Positions 18,131 to 27,515 of a stretch of DNA of 35,552 nucleotides are shown one piece after another (positions within the stretch are counted from its first letter, which is position 1; every line of letters begins with the position of its first letter). Both the position numbers and the translations under genes were made by a program. The notes beneath the pieces are model-generated. The model did no database searches, had not been told where the DNA came from, and worked only from the letters and a program-made list of their open reading frames with translations. Source of the stretch: an uncultured Collinsella sp. (GTDB lineage: Bacteria > Actinomycetota > Coriobacteriia > Coriobacteriales > Coriobacteriaceae); contig CAADVJ010000129.1 of the NCBI GenBank assembly GCA_900752475.1, positions 1-35,552 on the forward strand, given 5' to 3'.

Positions 18131-18862
18131 CTAGTCGCTACGCTGGTGGTAAACCTTGTATTTAAACTGATCGGCACGAGCAACCGAGAGTGTGTACTCC
18201 ACAACCTCGTTTGACTCGTTATACGTAGTCCTGACCAAATCGAGCACAGGCGAGCCCTCGACAATTCCCAAAAGGTGAGCGTCGGTGGGACGGGCTATGC
18301 TCGCATAGAACTCCTCTTCGGCCACGCGTATCTTTTGCTGAAAGTCTTGCTCAATCACATCGTAAAGCGGCTTACGCTCCAGCAGCGGTCGCTTTAGGGA
18401 CAAAAATTGACGAACTGGTAGATAGCTGCGTTCGACCATCATGGGCATGTTGTCGGCAGAACGAAGGCGCTTAAGCTTAAAAATGCGATCACCGATACGC
18501 AATCCCATATGCTCGGCCAGATTTTTATCGGCCTCCATCTCGCAAAACTCGAGAATCGTGGTCTCGGGGTCGCGACCCATCGCGCGCATCTGCTCGGTAA
18601 AGCTGTAGGACTGCATGAGATTGGTTGCCTTTGCCGAACGGTCGGTCACAAAGGTACCGCGACCGTGCTGCCGAACCACCAGTCCTAAACGCTCCAGTTC
18701 CTGCAGAGCCAGGCGTACCGTAGTGCGCGAGAGACCATAGCGCTCCGAAAGTTCGCGCTCGGAAGGAATCATGTCACCGGCGCGATATTCATGGTCGATC
18801 TTTTCGGTCAGAATATCGACCAGCTGATCGTACAGCGGTTGCTTACGCGCTCCGATCGCCAT
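18131..18862 (-). CDS. GntR/HutC-family regulator with UTRA domain (likely aga regulator)
   Basis: PLYDQL...[22 protein letters not shown]...HGRGTFV; SFTEQM, RLRSAD..PM, EYTLSVARAD. Confidence 0.9.
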   Translation of the reverse strand: MAIGARKQPLYDQLVDILTEKIDHEYRAGDMIPSERELSERYGLSRTTVRLALQELERLGLVVRQHGRGTFVTDRSAKATNLMQSYSFTEQMRAMGRDPETTILEFCEMEADKNLAEHMGLRIGDRIFKLKRLRSADNMPMMVERSYLPVRQFLSLKRPLLERKPLYDVIEQDFQQKIRVAEEEFYASIARPTDAHLLGIVEGSPVLDLVRTTYNESNEVVEYTLSVARADQFKYKVYHQRSD

Positions 18863-18947
18863 CCTATCCTCCCTTTTGCTCGAATTCGGCTAACTACCTA
18901 GGGTGTTTAGCATTATCTGTCTGCCACACCCGAATCAACAAGAAAAC

Positions 18948-18981
18948 AAAAGCCGCGCGCTCTTTCGAGCACGCGGCTTTT
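18948..18981. terminator. Bidirectional-type terminator after the PTS operon
   Basis: AAAAGCCGCGCGCTC-TTTC-GAGCACGCGGCTTTT. Confidence 0.85.
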
Positions 18982-19047
18982 AACATACACATGGCTTAAG
19001 GGGTCGGGGTGTGAGCCGCGTAGGGACACACCCCTCAAGCTAGAGCC

Positions 19048-20130
19048 TTACCAGATGCTCGGCCAGAGACCAAGCGGGCCAGCGCCCAGGATGCCAAGGA
19101 CGAAGAGCAGGAGAATGCCCTTGGTCGGGGTCCAGCTGTGCTTAGCAAACATGTAGTAAAGCAGCAGCGTAAGCATAAGCGGGACGAGCTTGGGGACGAT
19201 GGTGTTGAGGGTGTCGGCAACAGAGAAGTTGACCGGATCCTCGGTGACGGTGCCGTAGGTAACAGACTCCATGCCGTTGCCCAGATCGGTGACGCCGCAC
19301 TCGACAGCGTTGCCGTCGGCATCGGAAGCGGTGAGGGCGTTGCCGTCCTCATCGGTCATGGCGATGGTACCGGCCTCAGCGGTCTCGGTATCGATACCCT
19401 CCATACCGGTGAAGTTCTCGGCCTCCTTCTCGGAGACGATCACGGTAGTAGCGGAGAGGCCACGGGTGGTGCCGTTGGGGATCTGGAGGTTGATCTGGGT
19501 GCCACCCATGGTGACGACCAGGCAACCGACGACGAAGACGCCCATGATGGAAGCGGCACGCGTGAAGGCCTGCATGTTGGCGGTCAGAGCGTCAATAGCG
19601 CTGGTGCCAAGCTTGTAGGACCAGTTCATGAGCCAGAAGCGCAGAGCGAACTGGACGACGTTGAAGATCACCAGGAAGATGATCGGCGCAGCGGCGTTGC
19701 CGTTGATGGCCATGTTGGAGGTGATGCCGGCCGTGATAGGCACGAGCGTCAGCCAGAACAGGGCGTCACCGATACCACCGAGCGGGCCCATTGCGGCGAC
19801 GCGGACGGCGCGGATCGTGGGGATGTCAACCTTGTTCTGCTCGAGCGAAAGCACGATGCCCATAACAAAGGTGACAAGGAACGGGTGGGTGTTGAAGAAC
19901 TCCAGGTTGTGGCTCATGGAAGCCGCGAGGTCGTTCTTGTTGGTGTGGATCTTCTCCAGACCGGGGATGATGGAGTAAAGCCAGCCAGCGGCCTGCATGC
20001 GCTCGTAGTTGAACGATGCCTGCAGGAAGCAGGAGCGCCAAGCCATCTTGTTGAGGGTCTTCTGATCGAGCTGCGGAGCAGGAGTGAGATCCTCGTAGTG
20101 CTCCGGGATCACATACTCATTAGATGCCAT
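19048..20130 (-). CDS. agaE: PTS mannose-family EIID (GalNAc-type, AgaE-like) with a large acidic loop insertion
   Basis: LQASFNYERMQAAG, LEFFNTHP, MGPLGGIGDALFW; ATG 20130 overlaps the end of IIC. Confidence 0.85.
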   Translation of the reverse strand: MASNEYVIPEHYEDLTPAPQLDQKTLNKMAWRSCFLQASFNYERMQAAGWLYSIIPGLEKIHTNKNDLAASMSHNLEFFNTHPFLVTFVMGIVLSLEQNKVDIPTIRAVRVAAMGPLGGIGDALFWLTLVPITAGITSNMAINGNAAAPIIFLVIFNVVQFALRFWLMNWSYKLGTSAIDALTANMQAFTRAASIMGVFVVGCLVVTMGGTQINLQIPNGTTRGLSATTVIVSEKEAENFTGMEGIDTETAEAGTIAMTDEDGNALTASDADGNAVECGVTDLGNGMESVTYGTVTEDPVNFSVADTLNTIVPKLVPLMLTLLLYYMFAKHSWTPTKGILLLFVLGILGAGPLGLWPSIW

Positions 20131-20920
20131 CTTCGAAGTCACCTCCGTCAGAAACAGCTGCACCCTTCAGCTCGGTCTGCTGCTGGAAGTCCCAGAAAGC
20201 GATGCCGAAGCCGATGAGAGCGAGGATGAGCAGAGCAGGGGTTGCCAGCGAATCGTTGGCAACGGTGATGAGCGCGAGGCCAAAGCCCATGAGGAAGAAG
20301 CCCCACATATCGCGGTTCATCATAACCTTGAGCAGGACGGCGAAGCCGACGAAGCGCATCATGCCGCCTGCAGCGGACAGACCGGTCTGCAGCCAAGTCG
20401 GGATGGCAGAAGCGATGGTCTGACCGATGGTAGCGCCAGCGATGAAGAACAGGGTGACGACGACAGCGAAGATCAGGCCGAGCAGAGCCATGGCGAAGTA
20501 GTTCAGGCGCTCGATGCCCTTGGTGTCCGCGTTGTGAGCCATGTTATCGGCCGTGGACATAAGCGGGGACATAAGCGTGAAGACCAGGGTAACGCCAAGC
20601 TGGCCAAGCAGAGCGAACGGAATGGCGAGGCCGACTGCCGCGTTGGGCTCGAGGCCCGTGGCGATAGCGAGAATGGCTGCCATGATGCCGCCGATGACGG
20701 CGTTAGGCGGCTGAGCGCCTCCGATCGGCATGTTGCCGATCGTCATGAGCTGATAGGTACCACCCACGAGAAGACCGGTGTTGAGGTCGCCAAGGATAAG
20801 ACCGATGACGGCGCCGGTGACGATGGGCTGATAGAGAGACTCGAGGAAGTCAAACTGGTCGATTGCCGCGATGAACGTGACGACGAAGACCAGAGCGATC
20901 TGGATGATCGAGTATTCCAT
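20120..20920 (-). CDS. agaW: PTS mannose-family EIIC (AgaW-like)
   Basis: YQPIVTGAVIGLILGD..TGL..GGT, IGGAQPPN, GGMMRFVGFA; hydrophobic. Confidence 0.85.
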   Translation of the reverse strand: MEYSIIQIALVFVVTFIAAIDQFDFLESLYQPIVTGAVIGLILGDLNTGLLVGGTYQLMTIGNMPIGGAQPPNAVIGGIMAAILAIATGLEPNAAVGLAIPFALLGQLGVTLVFTLMSPLMSTADNMAHNADTKGIERLNYFAMALLGLIFAVVVTLFFIAGATIGQTIASAIPTWLQTGLSAAGGMMRFVGFAVLLKVMMNRDMWGFFLMGFGLALITVANDSLATPALLILALIGFGIAFWDFQQQTELKGAAVSDGGDFEDGI

Positions 20921-21010
20921 CTTGCTCCTCCTTTCAAAATGTATGTACGCACTTTGGATTTCACGTACAGAACGTCAGGGTTTCACTCCTGACAACGTGG
21001 ATCACGAGGA

Positions 21011-21493
21011 TTACGAGAAGAGCTTGCTCGTGTCCTCAACAGGCGTGCTCGGAACGCGCCTGATCTCCAACTCCACCCCCAATTCCTGCAGCTCTTTAAA
21101 CGCAGCGACATCCTCGTCGTTAACTGCGACGGAGGTGGCGACTTGGCGCTTTCCTTCCGACATGTGCATGTTGCCGATGTTTACCTTCTTTATAGGCACA
21201 CCGCCCTTGACGAGCGTAAGCACGTCTTCCGGTGTTTCGGCCACGATGAAGATCTTCTGGCGCGGGCTCGCCTTGCCAATGACGTCGATGGTCTTCTGCA
21301 GAGAGAAGAAACGCGTAGCGACGCCGGCGGGAGCGGCCATCTTCATGAGGTTCTGGCGCATGGTGTTGGACGCCACGTCGTCGTTGGCGACGAGGATGAG
21401 GTTGGAGCCCAGGGTGGAGTTCCACTGGGTGGCAACCTGACCATGAACCAGTCGGTTATCGATGCGGGTAAGAAGAATGTTGGGTTCTGCCAT
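21011..21493 (-). CDS. agaV: PTS N-acetylgalactosamine EIIB
   Basis: NILLTRIDNRLVHGQV with phospho-His; TRFFS, NIGNMH. Confidence 0.88.
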   Translation of the reverse strand: MAEPNILLTRIDNRLVHGQVATQWNSTLGSNLILVANDDVASNTMRQNLMKMAAPAGVATRFFSLQKTIDVIGKASPRQKIFIVAETPEDVLTLVKGGVPIKKVNIGNMHMSEGKRQVATSVAVNDEDVAAFKELQELGVELEIRRVPSTPVEDTSKLFS

Positions 21494-21529
21494 GTTGATC
21501 AGCTTCCTTTCGTTATTTGCTGACGACAG

Positions 21530-21811
21530 TTACTTGATCTCCTGAATCGCGTAACGCGAAACATCTACGACGGCTCCGGATCGGACTTTGATCTGGACCT
21601 TCTCGCCTTCGATGCCTTTGACGGTTCCGTAGATACCGCCGGCGAAAAGAACCTCTTGACCCGGCTTGAGCTCGGTGTGCAGCTCCTTGAAGTACTTCTG
21701 CTTCTTCTTCATGTTGATTTGCGACCAGATGGTGTAAATCAAGCCCATGATGACAAGCAGGCCTAAAAGGGCGACCGAGGAGCTCAGGACGTTGGCTCCG
21801 AAATCGGCCAT
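21530..21811 (-). CDS. YajC-like small membrane protein within the PTS operon
   Basis: Single TM helix then LKPGQEVLFAGGIYGTV...VSRYAI; start overlaps the IIA stop. Confidence 0.8.
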   Translation of the reverse strand: MADFGANVLSSSVALLGLLVIMGLIYTIWSQINMKKKQKYFKELHTELKPGQEVLFAGGIYGTVKGIEGEKVQIKVRSGAVVDVSRYAIQEIK

Positions 21812-22254
21812 TAGATGCCGTCCTCGTCGCCGAAGATATCCTCTTCCTCGGAGCCGGCAACGGATGCGACCGTCTGGGCGGTGACGCCCGTCTGGCCAAC
21901 GGTCACGGCCTGCTCGCCAAGCTCGGCGAGCGTGGCATTGCCGCGGAGGAACAGAAGCTCAATAACCATGGGAAGGTTGGTGCCAGTCAGAACCTCGACG
22001 TTGTCGACATCCTGGGCAATCATCATCGACTGGTTGAACGGGGTGCCGCCAAGCAGGTCGGTAAAGACGAGCACGCCATCGCACTCCTCGCGCATGGCGG
22101 TAATAGCGGCGCGGAGATCCTCACCGTAGGAAGCAGCCTGGTCGCCCTCAAAAGGAACGACGGTAAAAGCGGGCTGGTCGCCGGCAACCATAGCGATAGC
22201 GCTAGCTAGGCCGGGTGCGAACTGTCCATGACCGGTAAGAATAAAGCCAACCAT
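21811..22254 (-). CDS. PTS mannose-family EIIA (AgaF-like)
   Basis: ILTGHGQFA, VFTDLLGGTPFN, GTNLPM. Confidence 0.88.
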   Translation of the reverse strand: MVGFILTGHGQFAPGLASAIAMVAGDQPAFTVVPFEGDQAASYGEDLRAAITAMREECDGVLVFTDLLGGTPFNQSMMIAQDVDNVEVLTGTNLPMVIELLFLRGNATLAELGEQAVTVGQTGVTAQTVASVAGSEEEDIFGDEDGI

Positions 22255-22370
22255 TCAAATTTCCCTTCCGAAGGTGTGTACAATCTGAGTCCGATGATTT
22301 TCGGAAGCCAGCGGGCGCTCGCCCTTAAAGCTTCTTAGAAAGCGTTCTTTGAAGACCAGTGGTTTCTAAA

Positions 22371-22383
22371 CTGGTAGTAACCA
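22371..22383. promoter_or_regulatory. Candidate aga regulator operator upstream of the PTS operon
   Basis: CTGGTAGTAACCA identical to 18078-18090; further TGGT/ACCA half-sites at ~22355-22363 and 22633-22665. Confidence 0.65.
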
Positions 22384-22806
22384 CGTGACGTGTTGTTGTC
22401 ACTATATCACCCCAGAAGATGTCGCTTTCGTTGATTCATACGGTAAAACGTTTTTGCACCGCTCACGTTGATATTTCGACCGTTTACCGGTCGTTAACAC
22501 TTCTACCCGCGGTTTTGAAACCGTTTCGAAATGCTTTGGCAAAAGATCGGAACTTTTCCTGTCCCTAAACAACGCAGGGCGGCTAAAAATAGCGTGTAGA
22601 AAAATTGCAGGTCATTGTGAAGATATGTGAATTGGTCTTTTTGACTTAATACCAGTTAGAACCAGTTTTGAGATTATCGGTGAACGGTAGTTTTCGACCG
22701 TTCACCGGTTAATTGCAATCGTTTGCAGTTGTTTTCCCATATGAATCGGGGAAACGCGATGGAGCGCTTGCGCGGGCGCGAGGCCTACCCTAGTGGTTTC
22801 GGTAAC

Positions 22807-22841
22807 AAAAAACCCGCTAGAACGTTGTCCGTTCTAGCGGG
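22807..22841 (-). terminator. Terminator after the 22886..23971 gene
   Basis: CCCGCTAGAACG / CGTTCTAGCGGG 12-bp stem with A6 on the plus strand. Confidence 0.85.
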
Positions 22842-22885
22842 CTCAATCAGGTAGATCGGTTAGCGCGCAGTAGTGCAGGCAAACC

Positions 22886-23971
22886 TTACGCAAACAGGCC
22901 GTAGATGCTGATGTTGGCCTTGGCGTAGAGGCCGTTAGCATACTCGGTCCATTTGGAGCTGGCACTCGAAGCCTGCGAGGAATACTGCTGATAAGCAGTG
23001 TAGCAGGCGGTCATGGCCTGCTTGTAGGTGGCGCTATCGGTCGTAAAGGCATCATCGGCAAAGGCCTTGGCATAGGTGCTGTCGGCATCCTTCCAAGTGC
23101 CCTTTGAGCTATCCCACTCGTCGCCGGCAAGTTTGATGATGTAGTCGGCGTAGTCCTTGCTCGCAGTCTCCTCGTTGCCGTCAGCAGGCTCGGTCGGGGC
23201 GGTCGGCATGCTTGCGGAGCCGTCGCCGACCTTCTTCTTATAGAGCTTCTGCAACGTCGCGGACTGACGGACGATCTGCTTGGCCTGGTCCTTGGACACG
23301 CCGTACTGCTTGGCCATGGTCTTGTAGTCGGAGGTGCCGATGGAATCCTCGGCGTACTGCTTCATTTCCTTGGAAGAAACGGTAATGCCCTCGTCTTCGG
23401 CAGCGTCCAGCAGAATCTGGTTGCGCACGTAGGACAGGATAACGTCGGCAGACGGAGCGGTGTAGTTGCCGTTGTCGCCCTTGACGGTGTCGAGGCTGTA
23501 CTGGCTCTCGATGGCCTCACGCGCGGTGATGTCGCTCTTCTTGCCGTTGTAGCTATAGCTTGCCACGGTCGAATCGAGCTGGTCCTCGGTGAGGATCGCC
23601 GAGCCGACACCCTTGCCGCCAAAGCCGCCATTGCCGATAAAGAAGCCGACCACGGCAGCAATCACGACGGCGACCACAAAGGCGGCAATCATCGTCTTCT
23701 TGTGCTTGCAAGCGTGGTCGTCCACGTCGGGGTCGTCGTCCTCGTCCTGCTCCTCGGGCATGAGGTTCTCGTCGGCAGCGTCCGCGGCGATCTTTTCCTC
23801 CAGGCGAGCGTCCTCCTCCTCGGCGGTCGTACCGGCGGCAATATGCTCGGCAGACGTGCCGGCGACCAGGTCGATCTTCTCGTCCTCATCACCGTCGGGG
23901 CCTTCGCCGCGCTCGATGATCTGGATGCCGTCGATCTCGTCCTTCTCGTCCTTCTTTTGAATCAGACCCAT
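22886..23971 (-). CDS. Hypothetical membrane-anchored protein; acidic N-terminus, one TM helix, possible SurA/PrsA N-domain-like region
   Basis: D/E-rich residues 1-85; TM MIAAFVVAVVIAAVVGFFIG; VRNQILLDAAEDEGITVSSKEM; RBS AAGGAG. Confidence 0.7.
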   Translation of the reverse strand: MGLIQKKDEKDEIDGIQIIERGEGPDGDEDEKIDLVAGTSAEHIAAGTTAEEEDARLEEKIAADAADENLMPEEQDEDDDPDVDDHACKHKKTMIAAFVVAVVIAAVVGFFIGNGGFGGKGVGSAILTEDQLDSTVASYSYNGKKSDITAREAIESQYSLDTVKGDNGNYTAPSADVILSYVRNQILLDAAEDEGITVSSKEMKQYAEDSIGTSDYKTMAKQYGVSKDQAKQIVRQSATLQKLYKKKVGDGSASMPTAPTEPADGNEETASKDYADYIIKLAGDEWDSSKGTWKDADSTYAKAFADDAFTTDSATYKQAMTACYTAYQQYSSQASSASSKWTEYANGLYAKANISIYGLFA

Positions 23972-24097
23972 AATCAGCTACTCCTTATTGGGAACACAAT
24001 CCCTCATAGAATACGCCCGACGAGGCGCCGGGCGTATTGATTCTTAGGTTATACGCAAACACTTAAGTACTATTTAGGCGTTTGCAGCCTGTATGTC

Positions 24098-25183
24098 TTA
24101 GGCCAGGTGCTCAATAACGGCATCGGCAAAGGCCTGCGTACCCACCGCACCCTCGACGGAACCGGTCTGGGCACGACGTACGTCGCCGGTAACCTGCTTA
24201 CCCTCGTCGAGCGTGGCGGACACGGCGGCGCGGATACGATTGGCCGCATCGTTCTCGCCCAGATGATCGAGCATCATAGCCGCAGACAGAATCTCGGCCG
24301 TGGGGTTGGCGATATCCTGGCCAGCGATATCGGGCGCGGAGCCGTGCGTTGCCTCAAAGATGGCGCAGTCGGCACCGATGTTGGAACCCGGGGCCATGCC
24401 CAAGCCACCAACCAGGCCGGCGCACAAGTCGCTCACGATATCGCCGTACAGGTTGGGCAGCACCAGGACATCGAAGTCATTGGGGTTCTGAACCAGACCC
24501 ATGCAGGTAGCGTCGACGATCTTGTCGTTGAACTCGATATCGGGATAGTTAGCGGCCACCTCGCGCGCCACGCGCAGAAACAGGCCGTCGGTCGCCTTCA
24601 TGATGTTGGCCTTGTGCACGGCCGTCACCTTTTTGCGGCCGCAGCGGCGGGCATACTCAAAGGCATACTCCACAATGCGGCGGCTCTTGGCGATAGAGAT
24701 CGGCTTGATCGAGATTGCGGAATCGGCGGCGAAGGTCTTTTGGCCCGAACGCTCGACGAGCTGCGAGAGCTCCTCGACCTCGGCAGCGCCCTCATCGAAC
24801 TCGATGCCGGCGTAGAGGTCCTCGGTGTTCTCGCGCACGATAACCAGGTCGACATCGCGGAAACGCGAGCCGTCGCCCGGCTGCGACAGGCAAGGACGCA
24901 CGCAGGCGTACAGGTCGAAATGCTTGCGCAGGGCCACGTTGACGCTGCGGAAGCCCGTGCCGACCGGCGTGGTGATGGGGCCCTTGATGGCAACCTTGGT
25001 CTCGGCGACCGCATCGAGCACATGCTGGGGCAGCGGCGTGCCAAACTCGTCCATGACGCCGGCGCCGGCCTCCTGGACATTCCAGTTGATCTGGACACCG
25101 GTGGCCTCGACCACGCGGCGCATGGCCTGCGTAATCTCGGGACCGATACCGTCACCGGGGATCAGGACTACATCGTGCGCCAT
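24098..25183 (-). CDS. Isocitrate/isopropylmalate dehydrogenase family (probable isocitrate dehydrogenase)
   Basis: [70 protein letters not shown]. Confidence 0.9.
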   Translation of the reverse strand: MAHDVVLIPGDGIGPEITQAMRRVVEATGVQINWNVQEAGAGVMDEFGTPLPQHVLDAVAETKVAIKGPITTPVGTGFRSVNVALRKHFDLYACVRPCLSQPGDGSRFRDVDLVIVRENTEDLYAGIEFDEGAAEVEELSQLVERSGQKTFAADSAISIKPISIAKSRRIVEYAFEYARRCGRKKVTAVHKANIMKATDGLFLRVAREVAANYPDIEFNDKIVDATCMGLVQNPNDFDVLVLPNLYGDIVSDLCAGLVGGLGMAPGSNIGADCAIFEATHGSAPDIAGQDIANPTAEILSAAMMLDHLGENDAANRIRAAVSATLDEGKQVTGDVRRAQTGSVEGAVGTQAFADAVIEHLA

Positions 25184-25189
25184 AATCTG

Positions 25190-25888
25190 TTACTCCTCGT
25201 CTTCGGCGTCGTCAGATTTTTTAACGCTAGCACGCTTCTTCTTTTTGGAGAGATCCAGGCCAAAACGTTTAACAAGCATTTCGCAAATCTCGCTCGAACG
25301 GGCCTTGAGATAGCTGCCCTTGCCGTTTTCGGCGTCGAACTTAAGGCGCAGCGCGAGCTTCTCGGCGACCTCGGCGTCGATCTCGCCCTGGCCAAACTCG
25401 TACAGGCAACCGAGCATGTCGCGATACTCAAGGTCGCCGTGGTAGCACTGGATGGCCTCGTCCAGGATGGGCCAAGCCTCGCGCGAACGCTCGGCGCTCG
25501 TGGCGCCCCACACACACAGCAGGCGGAAGGCGGCGTAGCGCAGCGTGGAGGAAATCTCGTCGAACAGCGCAGTCTCGGCGCCCTCAAAGGCATCGCCCAG
25601 CTGCTCGGGGCAGGTGGCGGCGAGCGCCGCCAGGGCATCGAGGGCCTCCCAGCGGGTCTGAGCCTCGGGGCGGTCGAGTGCCTCGATCAGCGCGGGCACG
25701 CAGGGCACGACGCGCTGCGGATCGCGCTCGGCAAGCAGGTGCAGCACGCGGGCGGCAAACTGGCGGATACGGCGCGTGGGGCAGCCGAGCTCCTTGACCA
25801 GGCGGTCGACGGCGTTCTCGTTCTCCTCTGCCAGCTGAAGCTGTGCCAGCTCCTCGTCGGTGAGCTGTTCTTCCTTGTTTTCTGCCAT
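25190..25888 (-). CDS. HEAT/ARM-repeat-like hypothetical protein
   Basis: Helical repeats such as VPALIEALDRPEAQTRWEALDALAALA; RBS AGAGG. Confidence 0.7.
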   Translation of the reverse strand: MAENKEEQLTDEELAQLQLAEENENAVDRLVKELGCPTRRIRQFAARVLHLLAERDPQRVVPCVPALIEALDRPEAQTRWEALDALAALAATCPEQLGDAFEGAETALFDEISSTLRYAAFRLLCVWGATSAERSREAWPILDEAIQCYHGDLEYRDMLGCLYEFGQGEIDAEVAEKLALRLKFDAENGKGSYLKARSSEICEMLVKRFGLDLSKKKKRASVKKSDDAEDEE

Positions 25889-25903
25889 AGTTACCTCTTC
25901 TTA

Positions 25904-26332
25904 CTATTTCTTAGCGTGCTTGCCAGCACCCTTGCTGTCATCGGTGACCGAGATGAGCTGTCGGTCGGCTGCACCATTGTGACGCGCGCGGCGGCGCTCC
26001 TCGGCGTCGCCCGCATCGGCGGCGGCGCGGTGTGCCTTGTTGACGTTAAAGACCTCATCGTGCTTGCGCCATGGGCCGACGGACTCGCCAAAGCTCATCT
26101 TAAGACCGGCGATAAAACCGCCGAGCCAGCCGATCGGCGCAAACTGCACCAGCGGGAACAGCGAGAACACCCAGGTCAGCAGGACAACCGCTGCCGCGCC
26201 TGCAAAATTAGCGATCCAGTAGTCGCGCTTGGTGATCACGCGCTTTTCGCAGGCCCACTGGCCGCACAAAAAGCCAATGTAAATCGCAAAGATAAAGAGC
26301 ACCAGCGCGAGCACCACGAACGTCCAGCTCAT
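25904..26332 (-). CDS. Hypothetical membrane protein
   Basis: Three hydrophobic segments; ATG 26332 with GGAG RBS just after the oxidoreductase stop. Confidence 0.7.
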   Translation of the reverse strand: MSWTFVVLALVLFIFAIYIGFLCGQWACEKRVITKRDYWIANFAGAAAVVLLTWVFSLFPLVQFAPIGWLGGFIAGLKMSFGESVGPWRKHDEVFNVNKAHRAAADAGDAEERRRARHNGAADRQLISVTDDSKGAGKHAKK

Positions 26333-26337
26333 GGGTG

Positions 26338-27417
26338 CTACTCCCCGTGATGGTGGCCGCAGCAGCACTCGTGGCCGTCATCATGGCCGTGGCCGCCGCA
26401 GCACTCGTGGTCCTCGCCATGGTGGTGGCCACAACCGCACTCGTGATCGTCGCCGTGCTCGCCGCAACCGCAGCCGTCCTCGTGAGCACCGTGCTCTTCG
26501 GGACGATACTGCGACCAGTCCAGACCGGCGGCGATGGCGTCGGCCTCCTCCTTGTAGAGAACCGTGATGGCCTGGGTGCCCAGCTTGGCGCCACCGATGG
26601 CGTCGAGCATGTCGTAGAGCGTAAAGGCGACGTCGGCGCCGGGCAGCGCGAGCTCGCGGTCATCGGCGTAGGCGAGCGCCAGACGCAGGTCCTTAATGAA
26701 GTGCTCGACCATAAAGCCGGGCTTGTAGTCGCCGTCGAGCGCCTTGGGCGCCAGGCTCTCCATAGCGCCGGACTTGCCGGTGCCGCCCAGGATCATCTGA
26801 CGGGTCTTCTCCAGGTCAAGGCCGCTCAGCTCGGCAAATGCCATGGCGTCTGCCATGCCGACCATGCAGGCGCCCAGCGACACCTGGTTGGCGAGCTTGG
26901 CAGCCTGGCCCTTGCCGGCGCCATCGAAGCAGCAGATGTTGGCCGCGAAGGTGGCAAGGATGTCGCGGACCGGCGCGATGTCGTTCTCGGTGGCGCCCAC
27001 GATAGCCGTAAGCGTGCCGGCGATAGCACCCGACTCGCCGCCGGTGACGGGGCAGTCAAACGCCATGCGACCGGAAACCTGGGCGGCCTCGGCAATGTCG
27101 CGCGCCAGCTCGGGCGAGCTCGTGGTGAGGTCGATCAGGACCGCGCCGGGCTTAGTGCACGAGAGCAGGCCGTCGCCCGCCAGGTAGAGCTCCTCGACCT
27201 CGGAGGGATAGCCCACCATGGTAAAGACAACATCGGCGTTAGCCACGGCATCGGCCGGCGTATCGGCCCAAGCGGCACCGCGCTCGATAAGCGCGGCAGC
27301 CTTGGACTTGGTGCGGTTGTTAACCGTGACGGGATAGCCGGCATCCAGGATGTGGCCGGCGATGGGGGCACCCATGATTCCGGTGCCGATAAATGCGACG
27401 GAGAGCTTGTTTGCCAT
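26338..27417 (-). CDS. NAD(P)-dependent oxidoreductase, 3-hydroxyisobutyrate dehydrogenase family, with a His/Cys-rich tail
   Basis: AFIGTGIMG Rossmann motif, DCPVTGG, GKGQAAKLANQ, PGFMVEHFIKDL. Confidence 0.88.
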   Translation of the reverse strand: MANKLSVAFIGTGIMGAPIAGHILDAGYPVTVNNRTKSKAAALIERGAAWADTPADAVANADVVFTMVGYPSEVEELYLAGDGLLSCTKPGAVLIDLTTSSPELARDIAEAAQVSGRMAFDCPVTGGESGAIAGTLTAIVGATENDIAPVRDILATFAANICCFDGAGKGQAAKLANQVSLGACMVGMADAMAFAELSGLDLEKTRQMILGGTGKSGAMESLAPKALDGDYKPGFMVEHFIKDLRLALAYADDRELALPGADVAFTLYDMLDAIGGAKLGTQAITVLYKEEADAIAAGLDWSQYRPEEHGAHEDGCGCGEHGDDHECGCGHHHGEDHECCGGHGHDDGHECCCGHHHGE

Positions 27418-27515
27418 GAAACCTTTCCTTTTGGGTTGGGTGTTGTTACCAGGTTGAATACTCGGTGCCAGCGTTTGGGCTGTGAGTCGAGGGCGATAAC
27501 GGACGCAGCGCTTGC

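Noticed and set aside
12869..22254. No tagatose-1,6-bisphosphate aldolase in the aga cluster
   Set aside because: Probably encoded outside the window (e.g. the lac operon to the left); absence cannot be judged here
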